DNA from: an uncultured Spirochaetota bacterium
GTDB taxonomy: Bacteria > Spirochaetota > Brevinematia > Brevinematales > JAOACQ01
Reading direction: 5' to 3'
Length of the DNA stretch: 64,000 nucleotides
Assembly (NCBI GenBank): GCA_963768055.1
Contig: CAVYGN010000001.1
Span: 1,472,001 to 1,536,000, forward strand
In this document: piece by piece, positions 10,375 to 20,461 of the stretch
How positions within the stretch are numbered: position 1 is the first letter of the stretch
How the letters are laid out: each line of letters begins with the position of its first letter
Notes under the pieces: generated by a model
Seen by the model: only the letters and a program-made list of their open reading frames with translations
Databases searched by the model: none
What the model was told of the DNA's origin: nothing
Position numbers and translations under genes: made by a program

Positions 10375-11337
10375 TTATACTGCGATCTTATAGAAAACGC
10401 CTCTTTCCCCCGGACTATTTACAACCTCTTCTTTGACAACTTTATCATATGTCAATATGTCGAGGTATTTTAATATCTCATCTTCTCCTATTGAAAGGAC
10501 AGCGGACAAATCTTCCCGCGTCGACGGTCTTCTTTTAAGCGTATCGATTATAGCATTTTCAATATCGTTTCTGTAAGCTTTCACTTCCGCCCTGTTTTTG
10601 AATCTTTTTATTATCTCGACATTATTAAATTCTAATTTAGCCTTAACGGTTTCAAGTACCTCGCCGGCGGCCGGTTTCACCCACTCTTCAGCTCCCGGCC
10701 TGTCAAGTGTATTAAGCTGGACCTTGTCAGGGTTAATTTTCAGGATAGCTTCATGTAATTTCCCTATATTATAATCATCGGTATTGATTCCGTCAATAAT
10801 AAAAACTTCAAGCCATAGTTTTTTAAGAGGGCTGGATTTCTTAAACTCTTTCGAAAACTCGGAAATTCCTTCGATAACGTCACTAATTTTGATAGCGGGA
10901 TGCGGCCTGTCGATTTTTATATAGGCCTCTTCAGAGGCCGCATCCAGGGATGGAAGAACTAAATCCGCGCAGATGATCTCATCCCTTACTTCTTTATTGT
11001 TTAAAAGACTTGAATTTGTAATAACGGCAATTTTTATTAATGGAAAATCCTGTTTAATCGACTTAAGCATAAAGCCCAGACCTGAATGCAGGGTAGGTTC
11101 TCCGGATCCTGAGAAGGTTATAAAATCCGGGGCCGGATTTTTTTCAATGAAATTTTTTATTTCTGCCAGGATATCTTTAGTCGGATAATATTCGGACCTT
11201 TCGGCTATCAATTTCATACTTTTCCCGCATTCACAATAAACACAATTGAAATTGCAAACCTTGTGGGGCAGAATATCGATTCCGAGGGATATACCGAGCC
11301 TTCTTGAAGGAACCGGACCGTAAACATATTTATACAT
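10375..11337 (-). CDS. Radical SAM protein (COG0731/Tyw1-like Fe-S oxidoreductase) with probable C-terminal winged HTH
   Basis: YGPVPSRRLGISLGID, CNFNCVYC (CxxxCxxC), GSGEPTL; overlaps the upstream gene by 8 bp. Confidence 0.88.
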   Translation of the reverse strand: MYKYVYGPVPSRRLGISLGIDILPHKVCNFNCVYCECGKSMKLIAERSEYYPTKDILAEIKNFIEKNPAPDFITFSGSGEPTLHSGLGFMLKSIKQDFPLIKIAVITNSSLLNNKEVRDEIICADLVLPSLDAASEEAYIKIDRPHPAIKISDVIEGISEFSKEFKKSSPLKKLWLEVFIIDGINTDDYNIGKLHEAILKINPDKVQLNTLDRPGAEEWVKPAAGEVLETVKAKLEFNNVEIIKRFKNRAEVKAYRNDIENAIIDTLKRRPSTREDLSAVLSIGEDEILKYLDILTYDKVVKEEVVNSPGERGVFYKIAV

Positions 11338-13585
11338 ATTTTAACATTACCCTGTTATTGATAAGATCGGATATTGCTTTAATGCCTGTAAAGGTCATAT
11401 TTTTCCGAAGTTCGTTGGCAATCTTATTCAGGTATTGCCTTACTCCCTGTACGCCCCCCCCGACAGCAGCAATCATAACCGGCCTTCCGATCATTACACA
11501 ATTTGCACCAAGGGCTAAACCCTTGAGTACATCGCTTCCGCTTCTAATCCCTCCATCGAGGATAATAAAGGCATCGTCTCCAACAGTATTTTTTATCTCC
11601 GGAAGTGCGTCGATCGGGGCTATTAGATTATCATTTACCCGCCCGCCATGATTTGAAACTATCAAGGCCTTAACCCCGGCTTTTAATGCAGATTCTGCAT
11701 CAGCCGGCGATAAAACCCCCTTCAATACAAAGGGCACTTTTGTGAATTCTACAAGTTCTTTTAATTCGCCGTATGTTTTCGTGCTTGTATTCTGACTTTT
11801 CTGTTCCATAGTCATAAAAGAAGCGGCATCAATATCCATCCCAACCGCAACAGCGCCGGCTTTCACAGCAGCTTCAATCCTCTCCATTATAAGCCTGTTA
11901 TCATAGCGCGGCTTGAATATGGGAACAGCCATACCGAAGTTTTCCAGAATGACCCTTATTCCCAATTTGTATTTTACCGGAGTCGCTCCATCGCCAAGAA
12001 AACCTATCACTCCGGCCTGATTAGCTCCTTTTACGATAGCCCTTGCAAGGGAAAGCTCCCCTATGGCGCCTCCCAGGTTGGTAATTGCCCCGGTTATCGG
12101 TGCGGGAACGATAGGCAAAGACATCGGCAAACCGAATAATTCTATGCTTGTATCAATAATTTTCGCTTCATTAATATAACTGGGAACCAGTTCTATTTTC
12201 CTCAAGCGCTTTACCGCGTTGATAAAAGCGTTCCCGGTTCCTGTACCTCCGACTCCAGGCATCATCCCCCGGCATCTGAAACCGTCGCAGTCGGGGCAAA
12301 CATAGCACTTGTTGTTGAACCTTGCGCGGGCAATTTCACTTATCTCCGCATCGGAAATCAGCTGATCGTCATCTTCTATGGTTTCGACTTTTATCCTTCT
12401 GACCGCTTTATGGGATGCAAGTAGTGCTTCCTGGTAAGTCGGAGCCGCAACAATAATATGACCGTATTTATCAAGATTGTTTTGAGGGGATCTTACTTTG
12501 TCTCCCGGTTTTCCATCGAAAAAAATATCCCTTACATTTTCAATTTGCTTTGCTTCCTCAAGACCTCGAATTTCCCGTATAAACCCTGGAGCCGGAATAA
12601 TCGCCCTTTCGATCGATACCCAGTTTTTAATTGGTTTTATGTCCTCATGAGGAAATCCGAGGGATATCAGGACCATATTTTTCATCAGGTCGATGCCCGA
12701 TGAATAAGGATATGTATATGACGACATAAATCCGCCGGAAAGCCTGGCGGCAATTTCACCTATATAGCAGGAGCCTGCAGAAATCTTAATATCGCCCTTA
12801 GCGGCGCCGTTCGTTATTCCCAGCGCCCTGATGCCGTTTTTAAATGTTTCCACGGCAAAACCAGTTAATTCTCCTGAAAGATTGGACGGCATTATATGGC
12901 CGGTTTCAACAAAATATGGATCGTATTCGATAATCCTGTCGGCTATACCGGTGATGGCAACCTTGCCGTTATAAACTAAAGCGTCAATACTGAGTTCAGG
13001 GGAATCTATATATTGTTCAATGATAACTTTTCCTGAACCTGAATAACGGAGAGAAAGATCGAAGCCTTCTTTTAAATCGTCCAGATTGTTAATTCTTCTA
13101 ACGCCCCTGGCTCCCATATTCTTTTGCGGTTTAATTACACAATCGATTCCAAGTCTTTCTAATGCTTCGACGGCTTTTTGAAAGGAATCTACGAGTTCGA
13201 AATCAGGGACAGGCACTTTTGCCGCCCTGAGCGCCAGCCTCATCAAATATTTATCTGTCGCTCTCAAAGCGGTTTCCGGATCTATTCCAGGCAGGCCTAA
13301 TTTCTTTGCGCATACCGCAACCGTATATGATGCGTCGGTCCCAACTGTCAGCACCCCGTCAATCCTGAGTTTTTCCCTGCTGAAATTTTCCATCAGGAGG
13401 CTGGTCATTTCAGCATCGAGGGTGCTTGAGTTTATATAATAATCCCCTATTCCTACGCCCGGTGCTTCAGGATTTTTATCAACGATTACGGTTTTAAGCC
13501 CCAATTCTTTTGCCGATTTAATTACGGGAATTTGAAGTAATCCTGCTCCGATAACAGCGAGGGTTTTACCGGATAGTTCGCCCAT
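11330..13585 (-). CDS. Fusion of an ATP-grasp ligase and an FMN-dependent alpha-hydroxy-acid dehydrogenase
   Basis: N-terminal ~400 aa: GAGLLQ, DKYLMR, VIKP...GARGV, IEQYI, GEIAARLSG. C-terminal: CxxCxxCx4C, APITG, LKG, VSNHGGR, DGGIRSG, IGRP. Confidence 0.85.
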   Translation of the reverse strand: MGELSGKTLAVIGAGLLQIPVIKSAKELGLKTVIVDKNPEAPGVGIGDYYINSSTLDAEMTSLLMENFSREKLRIDGVLTVGTDASYTVAVCAKKLGLPGIDPETALRATDKYLMRLALRAAKVPVPDFELVDSFQKAVEALERLGIDCVIKPQKNMGARGVRRINNLDDLKEGFDLSLRYSGSGKVIIEQYIDSPELSIDALVYNGKVAITGIADRIIEYDPYFVETGHIMPSNLSGELTGFAVETFKNGIRALGITNGAAKGDIKISAGSCYIGEIAARLSGGFMSSYTYPYSSGIDLMKNMVLISLGFPHEDIKPIKNWVSIERAIIPAPGFIREIRGLEEAKQIENVRDIFFDGKPGDKVRSPQNNLDKYGHIIVAAPTYQEALLASHKAVRRIKVETIEDDDQLISDAEISEIARARFNNKCYVCPDCDGFRCRGMMPGVGGTGTGNAFINAVKRLRKIELVPSYINEAKIIDTSIELFGLPMSLPIVPAPITGAITNLGGAIGELSLARAIVKGANQAGVIGFLGDGATPVKYKLGIRVILENFGMAVPIFKPRYDNRLIMERIEAAVKAGAVAVGMDIDAASFMTMEQKSQNTSTKTYGELKELVEFTKVPFVLKGVLSPADAESALKAGVKALIVSNHGGRVNDNLIAPIDALPEIKNTVGDDAFIILDGGIRSGSDVLKGLALGANCVMIGRPVMIAAVGGGVQGVRQYLNKIANELRKNMTFTGIKAISDLINNRVMLKYV

Positions 13586-13587
13586 TA

Positions 13588-14949
13588 CTATTCCTTGCAG
13601 TAAAAGGGAAGTTCCTTCAAAGCTTTTTTTACTTCATCTTCAGGATACTCGAAATCCTCAAGATTTCCATCCATATACATCTGATAACTTGAGAGGTCGA
13701 AGAACCCATGTCCGCTGAAATTGAAGAGGATAACCTTTTCCTTACCCTCGTTTTTAGCAATTATAGCCTCTTCGATAGCAGCCTTAATGGCATGTGTTGT
13801 TTCAGGTGCCGCTACTATACCTTCGGTCCTGGCGAATAGTACACCGGCTTCGAAAACCTCATTTTGATGATAAGCCCTGGCTTCGGCAAAGCCCTGTTTA
13901 ACGACAGCGCTTACTAACGGAGCCATGCCATGATACCGGAGCCCTCCGGCGTGAATCGCAGGGGGCATAAAACTATGACCTAAAGTAAACATTTTTAACA
14001 ATGGGGTCATTCCTGCCGTGTCTCCAAAATCATATTCATATACGCCCTTTGTAACTGAAGGGCAGGCTTTCGGTTCCGCAGCCACAATTTTAGTCTTTTT
14101 ACCCTTTTGTATTTTGTCCATAATAAACGGAAATGAGATACCCGCGAAATTACTTCCCCCTCCGATACATCCTATCACTACGTCAGGATAAGTGTTAATA
14201 TATTCAAGCTGTTTTTTTGCTTCCTGCCCTATTATGGTCTGATGCAGCAGGACATGATTGAGCACGCTGCCCAGGGAATAATTTGTATCATTTCTCGACG
14301 CCGCTTCCTCGACCGCTTCACTGATAGCAATACCGAGACTTCCCGGGTTTTCAGGGTTTTCTGCAAGAAGTTTTCTGCCGAAAGCGGTCTTGTCGCTGGG
14401 ACTTGCTATGCATTCCGCTCCCCATACTGCCATCACCTGTTTTCTCGCCGGTTTCATATTATAACTTGCTTTAACCATATAAACCCTCACCTCTAGACCG
14501 AAAAGGCTGCCGGCCAGGGCAAGAGCGCTGCCCCATTGGCCTGCACCCGTTTCAGTAGTAAGACGCTTCACTCCTTCCTTTTTGTTGTAAAAAGCCTGAG
14601 GGATCGAAGTATTAGGTTTATGAGAACCTGCAGGAGAAGCTCCTTCATACTTATAATATATTTTAGCCGGTGTTCCCAGCACCTTCTCAAGATGTATAGC
14701 TCTGAAAACAGGAGTGGGGCGGTAACGGCAGTAAACATCAAGAACTTCTTCAGGTATTTTTATCCATCTTTCCCTTGATACTTCCTGTTCAATAAGGGCC
14801 ATCGGAAAAATAGCTTTTAATTGATCAGGGCCTATCGGTTTTCCATCAGGCCCGAGAGGAGGTTCCAACGCCTCCGGCAGATCCGCTTGTATGTTATACC
14901 ATTCCCTCGGTATATCATTCTGGATCAAATCGATCTTCTGAATCTCCAT
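13588..14949 (-). CDS. trpB2: TrpB2-type tryptophan synthase beta-like PLP enzyme
   Basis: GSHKPNT (PLP lysine), [29 protein letters not shown]; no trpA in the window. Confidence 0.93.
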   Translation of the reverse strand: MEIQKIDLIQNDIPREWYNIQADLPEALEPPLGPDGKPIGPDQLKAIFPMALIEQEVSRERWIKIPEEVLDVYCRYRPTPVFRAIHLEKVLGTPAKIYYKYEGASPAGSHKPNTSIPQAFYNKKEGVKRLTTETGAGQWGSALALAGSLFGLEVRVYMVKASYNMKPARKQVMAVWGAECIASPSDKTAFGRKLLAENPENPGSLGIAISEAVEEAASRNDTNYSLGSVLNHVLLHQTIIGQEAKKQLEYINTYPDVVIGCIGGGSNFAGISFPFIMDKIQKGKKTKIVAAEPKACPSVTKGVYEYDFGDTAGMTPLLKMFTLGHSFMPPAIHAGGLRYHGMAPLVSAVVKQGFAEARAYHQNEVFEAGVLFARTEGIVAAPETTHAIKAAIEEAIIAKNEGKEKVILFNFSGHGFFDLSSYQMYMDGNLEDFEYPEDEVKKALKELPFYCKE

Positions 14950-14980
14950 ATAAACCTCCTATCTTTATAAGTGCCGATAA

Positions 14981-15033
14981 TAAAATAGGCACAAACGAAA
15001 CTCTTAAAAAGAGCGGCGTTTATGCCTTTTTTT
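14981..15033 (-). terminator. Probable intrinsic terminator after the STAS gene
   Basis: Minus strand GGCATAAACG...CGTTTGTGCC stem followed by TATTTTA; the plus strand also ends in a T tract. Confidence 0.55.
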
Positions 15034-15071
15034 CATTAATCATTCATCCTCAAGATGGAATGTTTTGGCGG

Positions 15072-15407
15072 CTATTTGAAAGCGGATAACGCATCGCTTT
15101 CATTGTCATAAATATCAAAGAAACTGGTCAGCTTTGTAAGTTCAAATACTTTTCTGACGGAAGCATAAACATTGATCAGCTTCAATGCGCCGCCTATCTT
15201 TTTCAGATTCGAAAGGCTCGAAATAAGAACGCCGATACCGGAACTATCGATATAACTAACCCGATCAAGATTAATAACTACATTTACTTTGTTCTTATTA
15301 AGTTCATCCTTTATTTTTTCTTTAATTTCCGGAGCGTTATAAAGATCGATTTCACCGTTAATATCGAAGATGACAATATCGCCCACCTCTCTTCTGTTTA
15401 TCTCCAT
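15072..15407 (-). CDS. STAS-domain anti-sigma-factor antagonist (RsbV/SpoIIAA-like)
   Basis: GEIDLYNAP, SYIDSSGIG (phospho-acceptor Ser). Confidence 0.92.
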   Translation of the reverse strand: MEINRREVGDIVIFDINGEIDLYNAPEIKEKIKDELNKNKVNVVINLDRVSYIDSSGIGVLISSLSNLKKIGGALKLINVYASVRKVFELTKLTSFFDIYDNESDALSAFK

Positions 15408-15438
15408 ATCTCCCTCCTGAAGATTTCAATATAAGGAT

Positions 15439-17460
15439 TTATTTACTCTTTAAAACAAGCAGCGTTTCATCATCATGCTGAGGAGCCGTTCCGCAAAAAC
15501 TTGTCACGGATTCAAGGACCCTGTTGCAGATCTCTCTTGCACCTTCTCTTTTATTGATCCTGACAACTTCTTTAAATCTTTCCAGACCGAATTCCTCATG
15601 GTTTAAATTCATCGCTTCACTGATTCCGTCTGTATATAAAATAGCTATATCCCCTTTCTCGAGTATAGTATAACTCTGACCGTAATCGACGCCGGACATT
15701 ATCCCTATGGGCATCCCTTCCGTATCAAGAAACTCGAAGTCATCTGTAGCAGCCCTGAATAAAATTAAAGGTCCATGACCTGCATTGGTATAACTCATTA
15801 TACCTTTTTCCGCATCAAATAGCAAATAAAATCCCGTTGCATATCGGTCTTCGACAATTTCTTCTGCAATGGTATTATTTAAGCGTGCAATAACATCTTT
15901 AGTGTCCTCATTAAGAGATGCAACGGTCCGTAAAATACTGCGGATCATAACCATTATAAGTGCGGCAGGCACACCCTTGCCTGATACATCGAACATGGTA
16001 AGCACGACTTTATTGTTTCCAAAATCTATATAATCGTAATAATCTCCGCCTACTCCCTTTGCAGGAATCGAAAATCCGAAAATATCGAATTTATCCGACT
16101 GGGGAAAGGAATGAGGAATAAGAGAAGCCTGAATTTCACCCGCGACGCCAAGTTCCTTTTCAGCCTGTTTCTTTTCCAGAACCTCCTGATACATCTGGAT
16201 CTGGGTGATAGTAATGGCTGCCTGTTCCCCCAGAGTTTCAAGGAGCGACAGATCGTTTTCCTGAAAAAATTTTGAATCGTCGACAACCGAAAGGACACCG
16301 AACACCTCTTCCCTGGTCTTGAGGGGGACTGCCATAAATGAACTGACCATTATATGATCGCTTACCGTCTGAACAAACCTGTCGTCTTTGCTGACATCGG
16401 AAATGAATATCGACTGCCCGTTTTCGGCCACCTGGCCAAGCAGGCCTTCTCCAACGGCTATCTTTTCCGCTTTCAGTTTTTCTATTATTATATTTTCCGT
16501 CACTGTCAGGTTCTGAATGTTTTTCAAAGGTTTTGTAGGGGGATACAAGCCCTTAATATAATTTACCGACATCCTGTTGGTGATTTTATCCTTTATAAGT
16601 ATCACACCCCCGCGCGCATTTGTGCCTTTGACAGAATTATCCACAATAGCCCTTATTACAGTTTCGAGTTCAAATTCTTCGCTGCCGACAACAACGCTGA
16701 TCTCCTTCATAAGTTGTACAAGACTGTCTTTTTCCTTAACAAGGCTGACGATCCTTTCCTTGAGGCCTTCGATGTATCCGGTATGAGTACCGAAAGCAAA
16801 GAAACTGAATAGAATTATAGTTATGCACTGAAAGAAGAACCATATCGGGCTATGGGATAAATTAGCGGCTGTTAATAGGTTGAAAAACAGCTCGATTGTA
16901 AAAAATATGTAAATGATACGGCGGTAACTATTGATTATCCTGACCTGGCTTGTAGCCACGGAAGCCATTGAACGTGTCGATCTCCATGCCAGTACAACAA
17001 TTACAATCTTCGACACGATAAAAAGCCAGTTCCCAAGCCATGTTTTTACCGCTTCTATGAAATCGATGTTTGTTTTAAAGCCGCTTCCGCCATTCCTGAT
17101 TGAAATGTATATAATAGCCGTTGTAAATAAAACAGCCGCAAAGCCTATGCCCGCGCTTATTATTCCAACCCCGCGGGGGCTTTTCTCCTCGGCGATTTTC
17201 AGACTGGAGGTAATCAAATAATAGATCATCACTATATATAGAAACTCAAATGTCTGAAAGACAAGATAATAAAGATCGACCTTCGGTTCATGCGCCAAAC
17301 CCAGGATGATATATAGAATCGATTTTACAACTACTATCAGGAAAAAAAAGAACAGAAGCCTGAACATTCTTTCTTTATATTTAAAAGTGTCTACAAGCAT
17401 CAGTAAACCAAAGAAAAGAGCTATTACAGCTTCAATCCAGAAAACAACGCTCCAGTCCAT
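15439..17460 (-). CDS. Membrane-bound GAF + PP2C/SpoIIE (RsbU-like) phosphatase
   Basis: About 6-7 N-terminal TM helices; GAF (GEGLLG...DDRF...VPL); VGGDYYD, DVSGKGVPAAL, NAGH, LYTDG, HDDET. Confidence 0.9.
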   Translation of the reverse strand: MDWSVVFWIEAVIALFFGLLMLVDTFKYKERMFRLLFFFFLIVVVKSILYIILGLAHEPKVDLYYLVFQTFEFLYIVMIYYLITSSLKIAEEKSPRGVGIISAGIGFAAVLFTTAIIYISIRNGGSGFKTNIDFIEAVKTWLGNWLFIVSKIVIVVLAWRSTRSMASVATSQVRIINSYRRIIYIFFTIELFFNLLTAANLSHSPIWFFFQCITIILFSFFAFGTHTGYIEGLKERIVSLVKEKDSLVQLMKEISVVVGSEEFELETVIRAIVDNSVKGTNARGGVILIKDKITNRMSVNYIKGLYPPTKPLKNIQNLTVTENIIIEKLKAEKIAVGEGLLGQVAENGQSIFISDVSKDDRFVQTVSDHIMVSSFMAVPLKTREEVFGVLSVVDDSKFFQENDLSLLETLGEQAAITITQIQMYQEVLEKKQAEKELGVAGEIQASLIPHSFPQSDKFDIFGFSIPAKGVGGDYYDYIDFGNNKVVLTMFDVSGKGVPAALIMVMIRSILRTVASLNEDTKDVIARLNNTIAEEIVEDRYATGFYLLFDAEKGIMSYTNAGHGPLILFRAATDDFEFLDTEGMPIGIMSGVDYGQSYTILEKGDIAILYTDGISEAMNLNHEEFGLERFKEVVRINKREGAREICNRVLESVTSFCGTAPQHDDETLLVLKSK

Positions 17461-17484
17461 TGCGCCCTCCTGACAGCGATTGAA

Positions 17485-19410
17485 CTAATATCCTAAAATC
17501 CTTTTTAAATTTGTCAAGTATTTTGGTGACAAATACAAACTTTTTATAGCATATTTATTTTGAAGGGAATCATAATTCCTTTCCTTGTAATTACTAACAA
17601 CACTAATATCTGAAGAGTAATCACGTAAATTTTTGATTTTTAAAATTGAAAGCGGCCTGAGTTCCCCCTGGCTTGTATCGAAAGCGGCCATATTATCGCT
17701 GTTGGTAATGCCGTCCAGTGCACCCGCGGACAAATAATAAACTCCAGGGGAAGATTCGCCTCCGATAATCCAGATGGACGGAAGAACCCTGTCCATCCAA
17801 TCCAAAAAGCGGTTTACCGAATTGTTCATTTCTTCCATTTTATAATTAACTGACAGAGAATCTATCAGCTTACCGTTTTTATCGAATAATTTAAACTGCA
17901 GATATGACTGCGATTTATCAAGGTCGCCTATAACAAAGAAGCTGTAATTGTTCACCCTTAAATATTCCATTACGGTATTAATACCCTGTTCTTTTCGGTA
18001 ATCTATTGTTGAGAACTTGAATTTACCGTAATATAAGGAATTATATAAAACCATATCAGAATAAACATTCGGAAAATTAAAATAATCGCTCCTGATGATG
18101 ATCAAACCTTTATAATAGAAGTAATCAGGTTTTTCAAGAATTATCCTGTTATTTGTTATCATCCAGTCATAGTTTTCAAGTTTATCCTGGACTTTATAGC
18201 TTCTGTCGGCCTTTGAAAGCGATTTCAACTCCTGATAAGCGTCATAATAATTTTTATTTTGTTCAAAATAATTAACGAGATTTTCCCTAGGTTCGACCGA
18301 TAAGGGGTATAATGTGACAGCCCTTTTAAGGTTTAAAAAATATGATCTATTCTCTCCTTTTTTTAAATCTTCAATTGAAGAGTCCGCATGAAAAGTTGAA
18401 AGTTCCTGTCTTTCCGGCGAATCGACTTTGAAATTATTCAATACGAAATATTCAAAAGCGCTTCTTACGAATTGATTTCCGGGTTCGATTGACAGCGATT
18501 CTTTGTAATTATCGACCGATTTGGCGGGATCGATCGTTTCATAAGCGAAAGCCAGTTTATAAAACAATCCGCTCCTGAAATATTTATCTTTCTCTTGGCC
18601 GTTGTCCCTTATCCATAAATATTTTTCAATAGCCTTGTCATACCCTTTGCCCGTAATTATTGCCTTGTTAAGATAGCAGTCGGCTAAAAGCAGGATCCCG
18701 GAATAGAAATTATTAAACAGTTTCTCCCCGCTTTCAAGGAGGGATATTGCTTCGTCAAAATCGTTAACGGACCTGTAATAATCGGCAAGAGTGACATAAA
18801 CAAGTCTTTCAGTGGGATTAAGGGCCAGCGCCTTGCGGAAATATTCCCTGGCTTCATCGGGTTTGCCGGTCTTAAGATAATAATTTCCGAAAGATATATA
18901 ATTTTTCCAATAATTTTTATTTATCCTGTCGGCTTTACCCAGCATTGAAAGAGAAAGAGGTAATTTATTCATTTTCATGTAAAGTTCCGCCATATTGCGG
19001 TAAACCTCGACATAGGCCGGAAAATTAGAGACAATATGATTATAGATTTCAACAGACTGGTCATACTGTCCCAGATCACGATATGAATTCGCCAGGATAA
19101 GGAGTGCATCCGGATCGTTATTTGCATATTTTAATGCATTTTGAGAATTTTCCAGACTAGACTGAAATTCACCGAGTGCAAAATATACAAGAGCCATATA
19201 TTTATAAGCGTCGCCGTAATAAGGATTGATTTCGAGAGCGTTTCTGAAAGAATCTATGGCTTCAAAATATTTTTCCTGGTTATATAAATTTATACCGGCG
19301 TCCAGATAAATTTTCGCATTTCCAGCTGATTCATCCGGATAGACAAAATCAAAACGAAAGGCTGATGCAAATATAATGAAAAGCGACACAATTAATGCTG
19401 AATATTTCAC
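17485..19410 (-). CDS. Exported tetratricopeptide-repeat protein
   Basis: Signal-like N-terminus; multiple TPRs (AIDSFRNALEINP, AREYFRKALALNP). Confidence 0.8.
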   Translation of the reverse strand: MKYSALIVSLFIIFASAFRFDFVYPDESAGNAKIYLDAGINLYNQEKYFEAIDSFRNALEINPYYGDAYKYMALVYFALGEFQSSLENSQNALKYANNDPDALLILANSYRDLGQYDQSVEIYNHIVSNFPAYVEVYRNMAELYMKMNKLPLSLSMLGKADRINKNYWKNYISFGNYYLKTGKPDEAREYFRKALALNPTERLVYVTLADYYRSVNDFDEAISLLESGEKLFNNFYSGILLLADCYLNKAIITGKGYDKAIEKYLWIRDNGQEKDKYFRSGLFYKLAFAYETIDPAKSVDNYKESLSIEPGNQFVRSAFEYFVLNNFKVDSPERQELSTFHADSSIEDLKKGENRSYFLNLKRAVTLYPLSVEPRENLVNYFEQNKNYYDAYQELKSLSKADRSYKVQDKLENYDWMITNNRIILEKPDYFYYKGLIIIRSDYFNFPNVYSDMVLYNSLYYGKFKFSTIDYRKEQGINTVMEYLRVNNYSFFVIGDLDKSQSYLQFKLFDKNGKLIDSLSVNYKMEEMNNSVNRFLDWMDRVLPSIWIIGGESSPGVYYLSAGALDGITNSDNMAAFDTSQGELRPLSILKIKNLRDYSSDISVVSNYKERNYDSLQNKYAIKSLYLSPKYLTNLKRILGY

Positions 19411-20321
19411 GTCTTTCCGGCCCCATCCTGGCTTGCTCCGCCGTTTACAGACTCAATATTTTTTAGAGAATTCTGAAGCATTTCAGTTTCTTCTCCGATT
19501 TTTTCGTAAATATCCTTGGCAAAATTAAGCAGGACCTCCGGTTTATCCTTAGCCTTTTTACCAATTCCAAAAACTTTGCTTAAAATTCTTTTTATATCCT
19601 CATATGTTTTAAGCTTTTCATAAGGATCTTCAATCAGGTGTGAATTTTTGAATTTAAGCACAGCGCTCACGTATAACACGCCGTCGTACCCGAAATTTTT
19701 ATCTGAATCAGGGCCGAGTGACCTGACATTTTCCATGGGTTCGATGGCTTTTGATTGGTTGAGTATAGCCAGCTCGTAAAAATCCAGAGCCTTTTTACAA
19801 AATAATTGCGAAAGTTCCTGGTATTTTGTATCATTGGTTTGCTGGTAAAGATCCGTAAAAAGCCATGAGGCCCTCAGGTAATAAATCCCGATTTTTATAG
19901 TGGGAGAAAATTTCTTTTTATCAAAAAAGGGATAGGAGCTTATGGCTAAAATATAGCTGGAAATACCGCCGATCAAGTCACGGTTTTCCTTGTAAGAAGG
20001 CAATTTTCCGAAGATCTTTATCAGGTAGCCTGCTCTGACATCCTTATAATTATTCAGGCTCTGAATTCCCTTGGGCGATATGTTCAGAAAATCGTTGTCC
20101 TCCGCCGCAAAAAGGCAGTTCGGGCAGACTGTTACAGGATAAAGAAGTGGATTGATCTTACCGAACTTTTTAGTCGGGAGGTAAGTCCTGCGGAGCTCGT
20201 TTGTAAGTTCGCCGGCTGAAAGCCTGCCCCTGCCTGTTAGAAGTTCTTCCCTTTTAAAGGTCGTGCTGCATAAAGGGCATTCGATATCATTCTTTGAAAA
20301 AAAAGTAATTTCTTCAGCCAT
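19407..20321 (-). CDS. DUF2225-family protein (two CxxC motifs)
   Basis: CPLC...F, NPLLYPVTVCPNCLFAA, followed by a helical region. Confidence 0.75.
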   Translation of the reverse strand: MAEEITFFSKNDIECPLCSTTFKREELLTGRGRLSAGELTNELRRTYLPTKKFGKINPLLYPVTVCPNCLFAAEDNDFLNISPKGIQSLNNYKDVRAGYLIKIFGKLPSYKENRDLIGGISSYILAISSYPFFDKKKFSPTIKIGIYYLRASWLFTDLYQQTNDTKYQELSQLFCKKALDFYELAILNQSKAIEPMENVRSLGPDSDKNFGYDGVLYVSAVLKFKNSHLIEDPYEKLKTYEDIKRILSKVFGIGKKAKDKPEVLLNFAKDIYEKIGEETEMLQNSLKNIESVNGGASQDGAGKT

Positions 20322-20329
20322 AATATTAC

Positions 20330-20461
20330 CTATTTAAAAAAACTATCGGAAATATTTACCAGCAGGTTTTGTGGAATGAAAATCATGACTAAAAAAATAA
20401 ACAGCAATACCATAATTATAATTGTAACCGGGTCTCGAAAAATATTTTTAGAAAGGTACAT
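20330..20461 (-). CDS. Small (43 aa) single-pass membrane protein
   Basis: ATG at 20461 preceded by GGAGG; MYLSKNIFRDPVTIIIMVLLFIFLVMIFIP...; fills the gap between the ComFB-like and DUF2225 genes. Confidence 0.6.
   Translation of the reverse strand: MYLSKNIFRDPVTIIIMVLLFIFLVMIFIPQNLLVNISDSFFK

Noticed and set aside
14951..14980. TAAA...GCCGATAA sigma28-like promoter
   Set aside because: The spacer is 18 nt instead of about 15, and it points antisense to the flanking genes.
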